Source of the DNA: a virus
Taxonomy: Duplodnaviria > Caudoviricetes
Virus record (IMG/VR): IMGVR_UViG_3300048762_000252
Span: 64,001 to 128,000 of that record
Length of the DNA: 64,000 nt
Strand: one strand, 5' to 3'
The translations under genes were made by a program, and so were the position numbers. Numbering within the stretch: the first letter of the stretch is position 1; every line of letters begins with the position of its first letter. The notes under the pieces are model-generated. The model saw only the letters and a program-made list of their open reading frames with translations, was not told where the DNA came from and did not search any database. Shown here piece by piece: positions 1-9,363 of the stretch.

Positions 1-102
1 CAAGGCATCAATTTCGTAATCGTTAATGGGCATCAATTTGGATGAATCATTTACATCCAAGATAATGGTTTCTACTAATTCGATTGCGTCAGGCATTGTC
101 AT
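1..102 (-). CDS. hypothetical protein, 5' part only (runs off the window)
   Basis: ATG at 102, open frame MTMPDAIELVETIILDVNDSSKLMPINDYEIDAL to the window edge, directly after the 113 stop. Confidence 0.5.
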   Translation of the reverse strand, partial: MTMPDAIELVETIILDVNDSSKLMPINDYEIDAL

Positions 103-112
103 TTTGTAACCC

Positions 113-499
113 TCAGATTAGGTGATTCGCCCAAATAAAGTGGCGAATATACTCCAGTGTTTCGTCAATGTTGAGAACTAAAATCTTGCTAATAGGTGGG
201 TCTCTGAGTTCTGAAAGTTCTTTCACTACCCAATCTTTCCCAAATGCTGGATTGGCGGTATCTGTTGCGACACCAATAACACAGTCCAACGCATCGAAGA
301 ATGTGACTTCAACTTTGTGTGTTGCATTAAAGCCATTCTCCCAAATAATACTAAGGGCAAATTGTGTATCTTTGATCCGGCTGGCTTCGAGTTTGTGTTC
401 TTCCATGTGTTGAAGAAAAGTTATCAGCCCTTTGGCGTGTTTTTTAAGGGCAAACATTTCTTGCACATACATTTCGATCAATTTAGATGGCGGGAACAT
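113..499 (-). CDS. hypothetical protein
   Basis: ORF 113..583; start MFPPSK at 499 abuts the stop of the upstream ORF. Confidence 0.6.
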   Translation of the reverse strand: MFPPSKLIEMYVQEMFALKKHAKGLITFLQHMEEHKLEASRIKDTQFALSIIWENGFNATHKVEVTFFDALDCVIGVATDTANPAFGKDWVVKELSELRDPPISKILVLNIDETLEYIRHFIWANHLI

Positions 500-500
500 T

Positions 501-710
501 TCACATCCAAAATTCTGTGTCCGGTATTTCCTGTTTACCAGTGGTAGGATTGATACGTACCACAACAGCATCACACTTGGCACATGTGCCTATCGTGACG
601 CCATCGCCACGGGACATGTATACAGAGACGCCGCAGCACGGCGATTCTTTCACTGGCTCTTCTGATTCGGTCCAACCAACCTTTGCCCATGGACTAACTT
701 TTTTCATCAT
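501..710 (-). CDS. small Zn-ribbon-like hypothetical protein
   Basis: CC...CxxC pattern, GAGG RBS upstream. Confidence 0.55.
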   Translation of the reverse strand: MMKKVSPWAKVGWTESEEPVKESPCCGVSVYMSRGDGVTIGTCAKCDAVVVRINPTTGKQEIPDTEFWM

Positions 711-839
711 TTTCCTCTAATTGATTTAGATATTCTAGAGCGTATTTCGTCGTTGTGGTTTTTTCCGCAATTTGCTATCTTTGCCAGTATTTCCGGGCGC
801 AGGCATAAGAGCCAATTTAACATTGATTCAAAATTCATA

Positions 840-1265
840 TTAAATGGTGGTATCCACAATTTCTTCACCTTCCAAATCTTGAAAACGATCTTGCATCTGC
901 TGAACCTTTTCGGTTGGAACGCCATGCAAATTCCTTGCAGCAGCAATCTTCGGATCAACTACGAGACGAATCACCTTCACATCATAGCCATACTTAGCAG
1001 CGAGATCCAGGTAGCCTTTGAATTCCCACAACTTTGTGTTGGTGTTATCGAGTACCACAGTGTTTTCGTTTCGTTGAAGGGCGGCTTCAAATTGATGAAA
1101 GCACCAAGAATGAGCGTTGCCCAATTGCTTCGGATCAAAGGTGTAAACGCCGTCCTTAATGAAGTAGTTATCGGCGCTGCATACAAAAGCATTTGGAAAA
1201 TGTTTTTGAACATATGTCGTTTTGCCACCGCCGCTAATTGACCTCATGATAATTACAGTTCTCAT
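840..1265 (-). CDS. P-loop kinase (AAA_33 / N4BP2-like polynucleotide kinase)
   Basis: Walker A SISGGGKTT, CSADNYF, VVLDNTN, RNLHGVP motifs. Confidence 0.85.
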   Translation of the reverse strand: MRTVIIMRSISGGGKTTYVQKHFPNAFVCSADNYFIKDGVYTFDPKQLGNAHSWCFHQFEAALQRNENTVVLDNTNTKLWEFKGYLDLAAKYGYDVKVIRLVVDPKIAAARNLHGVPTEKVQQMQDRFQDLEGEEIVDTTI

Positions 1266-1273
1266 ACAAAACC

Positions 1274-1303
1274 AGTATACCACGTACATCTATTTCTTGT
1301 CAA
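1274..1303 (-). promoter_or_regulatory. sigma70-type promoter, leaderless start
   Basis: TTGACA-18-TATACT with extended TG, ATG 8 nt downstream. Confidence 0.8.
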
Positions 1304-1901
1304 GGGTTGGAACCCGTTGAATTTTTCCAAATTCGTATTGAAGATTCACGGTAGTGCAAGGCTCCAAATTGAACACGATTCCTATGTTCTTTCCGCCCCA
1401 AAAGTCGCTATTTTCTCGGATGTGGGCAAGCTCCAAATCTCCATCGTATAAAAATAACGAGATGCTGTTTTCGTCTTCGTCTGCTCTAAAAATCTTACCA
1501 CATTGTTTACGAAGCATGGTTTCACAACTTCGGACGATAATGGGAAAATAACGAGCGCCAGTCGTTTTCGAAAACAGAATTTGGTATTCAAGACTGTAAA
1601 TTTCTTGGGATCGTTCAATTTCAAATACTTTTCCGTGTTGCCAGATCACCAACGGCAAGCGATATTTTGGTCCGGTCTTAGATTCCAAAAACTCACGGGC
1701 GGCGTCGAATGCTGCCGGTGCCATGTTTTGACGTGGAATTAGATTTGGTCGAAGTGATGCGCTTTTTCGTATCGACAAAACTGGAGTTTCGATTTGGATG
1801 AACCTAAAGGCAGGGTTCACCTTATTCATCTCAAGACCTAAATACCGAGTGAAATATCGAATCAGCGTTTCCCGAGTTTCTATTTCGTTATTACTATACA
1901 T
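1290..1901 (-). CDS. class II aminoacyl-tRNA synthetase-like protein (GlyRS-type catalytic core, degenerate motifs)
   Basis: IETPVL (motif 1), WQHGKVFEIE...YSLEYQ (motif 2-like, cf. QIGKAFRNE...FEQME), ELAHIRENSDF (cf. ELxGIAxRTDF). Confidence 0.6.
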   Translation of the reverse strand: MYSNNEIETRETLIRYFTRYLGLEMNKVNPAFRFIQIETPVLSIRKSASLRPNLIPRQNMAPAAFDAAREFLESKTGPKYRLPLVIWQHGKVFEIERSQEIYSLEYQILFSKTTGARYFPIIVRSCETMLRKQCGKIFRADEDENSISLFLYDGDLELAHIRENSDFWGGKNIGIVFNLEPCTTVNLQYEFGKIQRVPTLDKK

Positions 1902-2057
1902 TTAGGGACCGTAATAAACAAGCAAAAATTGAGCGCAAGCGCAATGCTTATACCAAGCGCAATGACGAGCGCCCATTGCTTTCTCGTCATCAAAAAATTG
2001 TTGTTCTTGGATTCATTCTCTTTTTTGCTACCCGCCACTGCGGACAGCGTTGTGAAC

Positions 2058-2342
2058 TCAGTACCAAATTCCATGCGAATGTTCTCCTATACTCATTATA
2101 CCCAAAAACAGCAAAGCACCGACAACAATCACGGCAGAGAAGATTGTCAGCTTCACGATCAAAGAAGCCTTTTCCCAACGATACTTCCAAGATTTCCATC
2201 CAGTTACCGGACGGAAATAAACATTGATGCCTTCGATTTTTTCTACGACAAGAAGTTGTCCGTCGATTTCTGTAAATTGTCCAATGGAAATTTGGTCAGC
2301 ATCCAAAACGGCGGTAGATCCGAGATTTACTAATTGCTCCAT
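2058..2342 (-). CDS. hypothetical membrane protein
   Basis: C-terminal hydrophobic helix. Confidence 0.55.
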   Translation of the reverse strand: MEQLVNLGSTAVLDADQISIGQFTEIDGQLLVVEKIEGINVYFRPVTGWKSWKYRWEKASLIVKLTIFSAVIVVGALLFLGIMSIGEHSHGIWY

Positions 2343-2349
2343 TACAATA

Positions 2350-2535
2350 TCACCGATTTGCTGCCACTTTTTTACAATGACTTACAAAGACTTTTGATGA
2401 CATAGCTCTTTTCATGGAATTGCATGTCCAGCAACACGAGACACAATTTTTAATAGTGTACCCATCGTTATTATCAACTCTATCAATTCCATTACAATAA
2501 ATCATATTTTTTGCGTAATCCTCTGCCATAACCAT
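2350..2535 (-). pseudogene. C-terminal remnant of HNH-type homing endonuclease
   Basis: NGIDRVDNNDGYTIKNCVSCCWTCNSMK motif without an N-terminal domain. Confidence 0.7.
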
Positions 2536-2536
2536 G

Positions 2537-3097
2537 CTACATAATAATATTTTTTGAATATATAACAGATTCGTATAATAACATTCCTTGTGTTATCGTG
2601 CGATAACTAGCGCCGGGATTCTCACGCATCCCTTTGTAAAACTCAGGGAGATTTTCTGGTATGTAGCCTCTTTTTACATCATTCAAATACGTTTGGTCAA
2701 CTGACATAGCATACATACCTTCTGTTTTGAAGTCACCAAAAAATTCATCGGCAATGTCTTTTGGCTGGCGATTTGGATTTTGAGAGAGAAGCCAACAGAA
2801 ACCGATCATTGGTGAACGGTGCTTTCCAGCAGAACAACACAGATACACAAGTGGATACTGCATCTCTAAGCACCAGAAGTCCAGAATTTTTTTCGTGGCA
2901 AAAAAAGGAAGATATCCCCAAGATTTTGAAATTTCGTTGATAGGAATCCATCGAAACAATGGATGCTGCATAAGGGACCAATCGAAATCGTCCGTTGTGG
3001 AAAGAATTGCAGTCGGGTTGTATTTTAGGGCATCCTTTTGTGGTCCAATTTGAATATTGAACTTTGGGATGCCCCGTGAGATGCGAATCAAACTCAT
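2537..3097 (-). CDS. dual-specificity/tyrosine phosphatase-like protein
   Basis: CX5R loop VYLCCSAGKHRS. Confidence 0.75.
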   Translation of the reverse strand: MSLIRISRGIPKFNIQIGPQKDALKYNPTAILSTTDDFDWSLMQHPLFRWIPINEISKSWGYLPFFATKKILDFWCLEMQYPLVYLCCSAGKHRSPMIGFCWLLSQNPNRQPKDIADEFFGDFKTEGMYAMSVDQTYLNDVKRGYIPENLPEFYKGMRENPGASYRTITQGMLLYESVIYSKNIIM

Positions 3098-3282
3098 TAC
3101 AGCTTTTTTATCCCGGCACGAGTTAACTGGCCGATTTCGGCAGGTGACAGATCGTAGACGTAAGCAGTTTTGCCGTTCGTTCCACGAATCGTTAGGTTTG
3201 TTCCGACATATTCACCAGAACCACGAGCGTATTCACGAAACATCATCAAATCGGGTGTAGCAACAGCTTTACTTGTTTTCAT
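3097..3282 (-). CDS. hypothetical protein
   Basis: ORF preceded by TGcTATACT-6nt-ATG. Confidence 0.65.
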   Translation of the reverse strand: MKTSKAVATPDLMMFREYARGSGEYVGTNLTIRGTNGKTAYVYDLSPAEIGQLTRAGIKKL

Positions 3283-3301
3283 GCTTTCAGTATAGCACGG
3301 A

Positions 3302-3802
3302 TTACGACGCTAATCCAAGGTTAGCTTTGCGCTTCAGGAATTCCAATTCCCATGGCGTGTATTTGCGTAGAAGAAGAACATCTTCAAAAACACCACCAAC
3401 ATAATCCATCCAGTTAGCGCTAGAATCAGCTTCGGCTTTCAGCATCGCTTTTCCAACGGACTGTGCAACTTCACCATACATTCGTTCCGGCAGAATAATG
3501 CCTACAGCAGTATTGGCGTAGTTGAGGCCGGGTTCCTGGAACATAGTGAACGGATATGTGGTCTGGCCGGTCATGAATTTGTATAGGTTGCCCAAAGCCA
3601 ACGAGTCGCCACCATTCAAAATAACCCAAGTTTTGTGGTTCTTCGAAAACTCCCGAAGCATGGCGAATTTGGCTTCTGCGCTTTTCGTTCGCTTGCCCTT
3701 CAGTTCGGTAAGGGTAGACCAAAGCTGATCTAAAGCGTGTCCCGCTTGAATTCCAGCCTGGATTCCTTTACAGTAAAAATTGGAGAACGCTATATATCTC
3801 AT
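3302..3802 (-). CDS. putative peptidyl-tRNA hydrolase-like (Pth2-fold) phage protein
   Basis: GIQAGIQAGHA, HKTWVILNGG, FQEPGLN..TAVGII motifs. Confidence 0.55.
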   Translation of the reverse strand: MRYIAFSNFYCKGIQAGIQAGHALDQLWSTLTELKGKRTKSAEAKFAMLREFSKNHKTWVILNGGDSLALGNLYKFMTGQTTYPFTMFQEPGLNYANTAVGIILPERMYGEVAQSVGKAMLKAEADSSANWMDYVGGVFEDVLLLRKYTPWELEFLKRKANLGLAS

Positions 3803-4807
3803 ATGAGCAATTTTACCACAAATCACAAATCAGAGTCAATAGCAAAAATTTATATTATTGAAAACCTGATAAATCATAGAAAATACATCGGTTTTACAAC
3901 GGCATCTTTACAGTCCAGGTGGCGCAAACATGTTTACAGTGCCAAAAAATCGAAATATTATTTGCATCGAGCAATCCGAAAATATGGGAAGGAAAATTTC
4001 TCAATTGCCGAAATCTACAGTTCTAAAAATGTCGAACATACCTTACATGAAATGGAACCATTTTTCATTAAGCAATTTGACACATACGAAAATGGCTACA
4101 ACATGACAATTGGAGGCGAGGGCATAATTGGGTGTAGAAGTGTTCGCCATCCACATTCTCCAGAGACCATTCAAAAAATGAAAGATGGCTGGACCCCAGA
4201 ACGCCGTGCCGAAGCATCAAAACGATTTTCAGAATTACCACGCACTGATGAACACAACGCTCGTATTGCTGCTGCACACAAAGGTTGTAAAAAATCTCCT
4301 GAAGCAATTGAAAAACATCGCAAAGCAATGACTGGTCGTAAATTATCAGCCGATCAAATTCAAAAAATGAGAGAGCGGGTAGTGACTGAAGAAACACGGA
4401 TGAAGATGAGTAAAGCCAAAAAAGGACAGCCGCAATCAAGTAAGTCTGTTGAAAAACGTGCAGCAGCAAATCGTGGGCAAACTCGCACACCACATCAAAT
4501 TGAAGCCAATAGACAAACACAATTAGCATTACATAGAAAGCATACAGAAACAGAAATTCAAAAAATGAAGAACGCAAGGCGGCTGTATTTGGAACATAAT
4601 GAAAGCAATGCTACGAAAAATTGGATTTTGTGGCACAAAAATGAATCAACTCCATTTTTTGTTAGAAATCTTGAAAAGTGGGCCGCTCAAAAAGGCTTGC
4701 GTGGAGACTCTTTACAAAAAGTGGCTAAAGGCATCCGAAACAGCGATCATGGATATAGAGTGTGGAGAGAAGATAAGTGCCCAGAAGAAATTAAATGTTC
4801 ATGCTAG
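3803..4807 (+). CDS. GIY-YIG homing endonuclease (Seg-like) with NUMOD3-type repeats
   Basis: IYIIENLINHRKYIG, RW..H, GYNMTIGGEG, repeated basic helices. Confidence 0.9.
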   Translation: MSNFTTNHKSESIAKIYIIENLINHRKYIGFTTASLQSRWRKHVYSAKKSKYYLHRAIRKYGKENFSIAEIYSSKNVEHTLHEMEPFFIKQFDTYENGYNMTIGGEGIIGCRSVRHPHSPETIQKMKDGWTPERRAEASKRFSELPRTDEHNARIAAAHKGCKKSPEAIEKHRKAMTGRKLSADQIQKMRERVVTEETRMKMSKAKKGQPQSSKSVEKRAAANRGQTRTPHQIEANRQTQLALHRKHTETEIQKMKNARRLYLEHNESNATKNWILWHKNESTPFFVRNLEKWAAQKGLRGDSLQKVAKGIRNSDHGYRVWREDKCPEEIKCSC

Positions 4808-4839
4808 AATGTTCGGGCTGTGCCTGCGGAGGAAGAAGT

Positions 4840-6687
4840 TCAATCTTCGTAGTATGGAAATTTTTTGAGATGGTCAATCAAAGAATCTTGACTTTCACCT
4901 TTGGCTGAATGTTTATTGCCTTTGTATTTCCAATTTTGAGAATCTCGATTTAGATGAATTTCATGCCCACTCTGCGGATGTTTGTAAATTTCATGAGTGG
5001 GTGTCGCTTCATGAAATTCAAATCCATGCGACCAAGGAGTTTTCCACATAGGATGTCTAGTGCTTTCATATACTCGTGCCATGGCTAACTCAACCAAAGC
5101 CTTTTTGAAGTTCATATCTTTATCAGATTCAAACACAAATTCAACGCCTTCACCCTCCACTAAGCGCACAGAAACGGCGTTGATGATAGCGTTCATTTTT
5201 GCGGCTTCTTTGGCTTCAATTTTGGAATGCATCATTACGGCATTGCCAGTGACTACAAAGCTCTCTTTCATATATGGAGCGTTTACATCTTTGACAGTAT
5301 AATCTTTTGTTTTTGGATTTTGCTCTTTGAATTTTTCAATTACATCTTTTGGTGTCCAATGTGGCGTATCGGCGGCGTCACCTGTATAACCACGAACATG
5401 AAGAGTTTTGCTTGGATGGTGAACATGAATGTAACCACGTTTCACTTTATCAAATTTTTCTCCTGATGTCGGTATGCTTTTACCATGAAACCAATTAGCA
5501 TGTGCGGGACTAGCATGGAAATGATATGCTTTTGAAACAAAGGCTTTGCCATTATGATGCGCCCAAATATGTTCTGGCATTTCTTCTTCAATTATAAAGC
5601 TCTCCGCTTGATTTGCTGCGGTAGTGCCTTGCGGTTTTCCATTTCCAGGTTGCTCCTGATCTACAATTTTCATATGGTTTGCACCGTAACCTTTTTCTTG
5701 AAGCCAGCGCAAAATATCCATCGGGCCTTTTGCACGATAACGATCAATTGCGTTACCACTTTTGTCTTTTACCGCAATTGAGTAGTCCTTACCAATCTCA
5801 ACTGTCAAACCACGTTTTGATGTCGCACTCTGCTTAATTGGAGTTTCATCTGCGGATTGAAAGGCTGGATTATTTGGGTCTTCTTGTTTTTCGTTCCCTT
5901 GTGGCTCATCACTTGGTTTTTGTGGTTCGGCGGCAACTGCATTAGCATGACTGATTGGTTGCTGTTCTGGCTTGGCAGATCCTTCATCACCCATTTGTTG
6001 TCGAGCTTGCGCTTGAACTTGTGATGCGCCACCAGTGGATGCTATCGGACTTGCTTGATTTGGTGGCTGTGTATCACCTTCGATATTTTTATTGCCAGCT
6101 ATAGAGTTGCCAAATGCCGACTGCGTTCCAGTTTTTTTAACCTGGAAGAAAGTACGATAATGATGTTTTTGGGTTTGTTCAATTTCGTACTCTGGGTTCG
6201 CTGCCACAGTGTCCATGGAGATTGAGCGCAAAATCATTTTTAATTTTCCGTTAGAAAGATCGTCTAAGATGAGATTTCCCGGCTTTGCCTTTTGGACAAA
6301 ATCAATAATGCAATGAGTAATCGTAATCCAAATTGTGAGGGAATCTTCATGCGAAAGAGATATGTCCCACTTCATGAAAAATTCAGGACTTCGATTGCTG
6401 AAGAAGGTGACATAAAAAGTGGCATCACTTGTTTGATCTGTATTAGGTTGTCCCGGTGGTGCAAAAGCGTCTGGTGCTGGCGGCATTCCTCCTTGTGCCG
6501 GTTCTGGTTGACCGGAAACATCACCAACTTGATGAAATGTGACTCTTACTTCGCCCCCATCAGGGGCGATGAACCCACATTTCCAGATGGAAGTTCCTTT
6601 ACCATCTGTCTCTGGTTGTCGCTGTGCAATCCATGTCCATTGGATCGGCGTGGGTTGAGGTGGCGAATTTTGTTGATTGATGTTCAT
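4840..6687 (-). CDS. late-expressed modular protein, probable virion internal protein
   Basis: ATAAATA late promoter 6 nt before ATG; Q/P-rich linker; His-rich modules following xxE sites. Confidence 0.6.
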   Translation of the reverse strand: MNINQQNSPPQPTPIQWTWIAQRQPETDGKGTSIWKCGFIAPDGGEVRVTFHQVGDVSGQPEPAQGGMPPAPDAFAPPGQPNTDQTSDATFYVTFFSNRSPEFFMKWDISLSHEDSLTIWITITHCIIDFVQKAKPGNLILDDLSNGKLKMILRSISMDTVAANPEYEIEQTQKHHYRTFFQVKKTGTQSAFGNSIAGNKNIEGDTQPPNQASPIASTGGASQVQAQARQQMGDEGSAKPEQQPISHANAVAAEPQKPSDEPQGNEKQEDPNNPAFQSADETPIKQSATSKRGLTVEIGKDYSIAVKDKSGNAIDRYRAKGPMDILRWLQEKGYGANHMKIVDQEQPGNGKPQGTTAANQAESFIIEEEMPEHIWAHHNGKAFVSKAYHFHASPAHANWFHGKSIPTSGEKFDKVKRGYIHVHHPSKTLHVRGYTGDAADTPHWTPKDVIEKFKEQNPKTKDYTVKDVNAPYMKESFVVTGNAVMMHSKIEAKEAAKMNAIINAVSVRLVEGEGVEFVFESDKDMNFKKALVELAMARVYESTRHPMWKTPWSHGFEFHEATPTHEIYKHPQSGHEIHLNRDSQNWKYKGNKHSAKGESQDSLIDHLKKFPYYED

Positions 6688-7427
6688 AATTAGTATTTAT
6701 CTTAACTGCAAGATACCCTTTAGTGCCATTTGATTTTGCACAATGCCCTTCATCCAGGTTATGATTTCTACAGAATTTACGAAGATTCACATGAACTTCT
6801 TTGTGACCATCAGGAAATGTAATTTCCCATGTGTTAGACAATTTCGTTAATGTTTGTGCTGATGGCTTTTTGCCAAGCTTCATAACAGATATTTTTGCTC
6901 GTATTTCTTCTGATCGAGGTTTACCAAAATTTGGATTTTTCACCACTGTTTGCAGCAGACATTTTTCTTTTTGTTTCTTCTGATGCTTTTTTACCTTTTT
7001 GTGCTTCAGACATATTGCGTCTCGTTTCTTCAGAGCGTTTTTTATGGATTCTTTTTGTCAATGCAGTAGATATTTTTGCTCGTGTTTCTTTTGATAGTTT
7101 AACACCAAAGGTGTTTCCAGCAGTCGGTGAGAAATTGTAAAGAGTATTTTTACCCCATTCGGCATCAATGTACATTTGTTCGATTTTAGTCAGTTGTAAT
7201 TTGTCATCGACATATTCAATTACAACAAATTCAAAGGCATTTGCACCGTACTTATTCCAGGCTCGTTGAAGATGTAAATTATTATGTTTGTGTTTATTTA
7301 AAAGGTGTTTGTGTGCGTTCCATCTTTTTCGAAAACACACGGCGCTCCCAATGTAATGCTTCAATGTAACCAGACAAATGATATTATAAATGCCACTTTT
7401 CGAAAGATTGTAAATAGAAGAAGACAT
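6599..7427 (-). pseudogene. GIY-YIG homing endonuclease, frameshifted near 6936-6940
   Basis: GIYNI...HYIGS; frame ends GEKSKFW while the adjacent frame continues NPNFGKPRSEE (NUMOD3) across an A5 run. Confidence 0.8.
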
Positions 7428-7502
7428 CGGAAACCAACTCCGTTTGTTTAGGCTGTGTTGCGAAGCTATGAACTTCACATACAGCCGTTTCTATTTATAC
7501 TT

Positions 7503-7985
7503 CTATTTAGTTTCTTTTACTTTGACTTGCGGCATTGGTGCCCAAAACTTTATACGGGCACGAAGTCGTTCATTTTTGATTTGTTGGACCACACAAATTG
7601 CAGAAATTTCTCCATTATAAGTACTATCCCAATCCGTTTCACTTGGGCTAGTATCACTAAAATGACTTGACTTTTGGTCATATTGATATGGATGACTATG
7701 GCAATCCCCTAGAATTTGTGTACCAGTCTGTTTTGCTTCCCGTTTTGCTTCAGATCTCCAATTCGGCTGTATATTGACATGACACGGCGTACAATGAGAA
7801 TCAACATTTGTGGGATAAAACAGACTATCAATTACAATTTTTTCTTCATTGGTATGACCTAACAAATATGCAAATACTTCACGAGGAAAATTCTCCTTGG
7901 CTTTTTGTTTGAACGCACCAATAATTTTTTTGGAAACATAAATTGTAACTGGTTTGTAGACTTGCGCTACCGCTTGGCTTCCCAT
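7503..7985 (-). CDS. JAB/MPN (JAMM) metalloprotease
   Basis: E (REVFAYLLG) ... HSHP ... SPSETD motif; late promoter ATAAATA plus AGGAG RBS. Confidence 0.85.
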   Translation of the reverse strand: MGSQAVAQVYKPVTIYVSKKIIGAFKQKAKENFPREVFAYLLGHTNEEKIVIDSLFYPTNVDSHCTPCHVNIQPNWRSEAKREAKQTGTQILGDCHSHPYQYDQKSSHFSDTSPSETDWDSTYNGEISAICVVQQIKNERLRARIKFWAPMPQVKVKETK

Positions 7986-8057
7986 GTGCTCTCCTACAAA
8001 GGTATTTATGGTTTGAGAGCTAGTTTTATGTTTTCAACGACTTACAAAGATATACAT

Positions 8058-8717
8058 TTATTGCGTATCATCGGCATCATAGACAGGAGCAAAAGGATAA
8101 GCCACTGCGCCATGAGGTTGTGCAAACAAATCTCCAAATGCTTTCTTCATAGAAAGATGAATAAACATTTGTTCTTTGGAGTCATCCAAAGCATTATGCG
8201 TGTGTTTCAGCGCCGGATTGAACCAGGATCTTGGAAACCGTTTTTTAGATGAATCGTGATATGACTTCTGAAGCAAACACATAGCCATTGTTTTCATATC
8301 TAATGCGCTAAAACCTACACAGGACTGCCCCAAAAATTTGCAAAGATACCAATAAAGCCAAGTAAAGTCGAAGCCGCTCGGATAACAAACGATTAATGGA
8401 GATTCTTTTCGTTCTTTTGCAATACAATGCACAACAGTCTGAAATCGCTCCATCGCCAACTTTGGTGCGATATGATTTTCCGTCATGCGCCGCCATAAAC
8501 CAGGATTTTTGCTTTCCTGTACGGCCCACCATTTCATTGTATCTGGATTTTGCACAGCATCTTCAAGCGGAAAAATGTTCTCCAAATACTCGTAGAGCAC
8601 ATTGCCTTCGGAGTCATAGAATACTGCCCCAAGTTGCAACATGGAGTTGATGCCGGGGCATGGACCATCAGCCTCTACGTCCACTGACACATAAAATTCA
8701 CGAATCCTCTTTCCCAT
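8058..8717 (-). CDS. DEDDh 3'-5' exonuclease
   Basis: SVDVEADG, FDF, HNALDD. Confidence 0.85.
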   Translation of the reverse strand: MGKRIREFYVSVDVEADGPCPGINSMLQLGAVFYDSEGNVLYEYLENIFPLEDAVQNPDTMKWWAVQESKNPGLWRRMTENHIAPKLAMERFQTVVHCIAKERKESPLIVCYPSGFDFTWLYWYLCKFLGQSCVGFSALDMKTMAMCLLQKSYHDSSKKRFPRSWFNPALKHTHNALDDSKEQMFIHLSMKKAFGDLFAQPHGAVAYPFAPVYDADDTQ

Positions 8718-8940
8718 ATTCTTCATTATACCATAGTTTAGAAAACGAAAGGTTCGTTTGAATTACCGATGACACGGAGCATGTCCGTGCCTTCCGTGCG
8801 GCACAATTCAAGCATCCGTTCACGCTTCTCTTCATACGTGTCTTCAATAATCATATCTGCCTTTCTGTTAATACCAAGCTTCCCATAGAATTCTCTCAGT
8901 AATCATACCGGCTTTGTGCATCAAGAATAACAATTCGTAA

Positions 8941-9351
8941 TCAGGCTTTGATAAATCCTGGGAATGCGACATTGACAAGTTCCTTTGTGATACCGTATTT
9001 CGATAAATCCTTGTTGACAACATCTATCAAAGCTACGGCATCTGCTCTGTCAATTGCTTCCAAAATTTGTCCCAATAGAGCAGTCTTACGTTCTGGTTTA
9101 AGTTCATACGAATCCAAAAAAATGTAAAGCCGACGAACTTCTACATATAGTGAATTCGATGCGTAACCATCTGTTTCTAGGTTTTCACGATATGGTAGAA
9201 TTTTTACATCAAACTTAATTTCTGGATCGAGCGCCATTGAAAGCAATTGGCGCAACATTGTTGTGTCGTTAGTCCGAAGTATTTTTACTTTTTCTTCTTG
9301 TGTGGATGCTTCAGACACTTCTTTCAAAATATCGGCAAAAATTTTTCTCAT
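8941..9351 (-). CDS. conserved T4-like phage hypothetical protein next to RNase H
   Basis: EKVKILR...LYVEVRRLYIF...QILE pattern and gene position. Confidence 0.65.
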   Translation of the reverse strand: MRKIFADILKEVSEASTQEEKVKILRTNDTTMLRQLLSMALDPEIKFDVKILPYRENLETDGYASNSLYVEVRRLYIFLDSYELKPERKTALLGQILEAIDRADAVALIDVVNKDLSKYGITKELVNVAFPGFIKA

Positions 9352-9363
9352 ATGTATTCTCTT

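Noticed and set aside
2339-2499. 11-bp direct repeat CCATTACAATA as a target-site duplication
   Set aside because: One copy lies within the HNH remnant's coding motif, and such a short AT-rich match can occur by chance.
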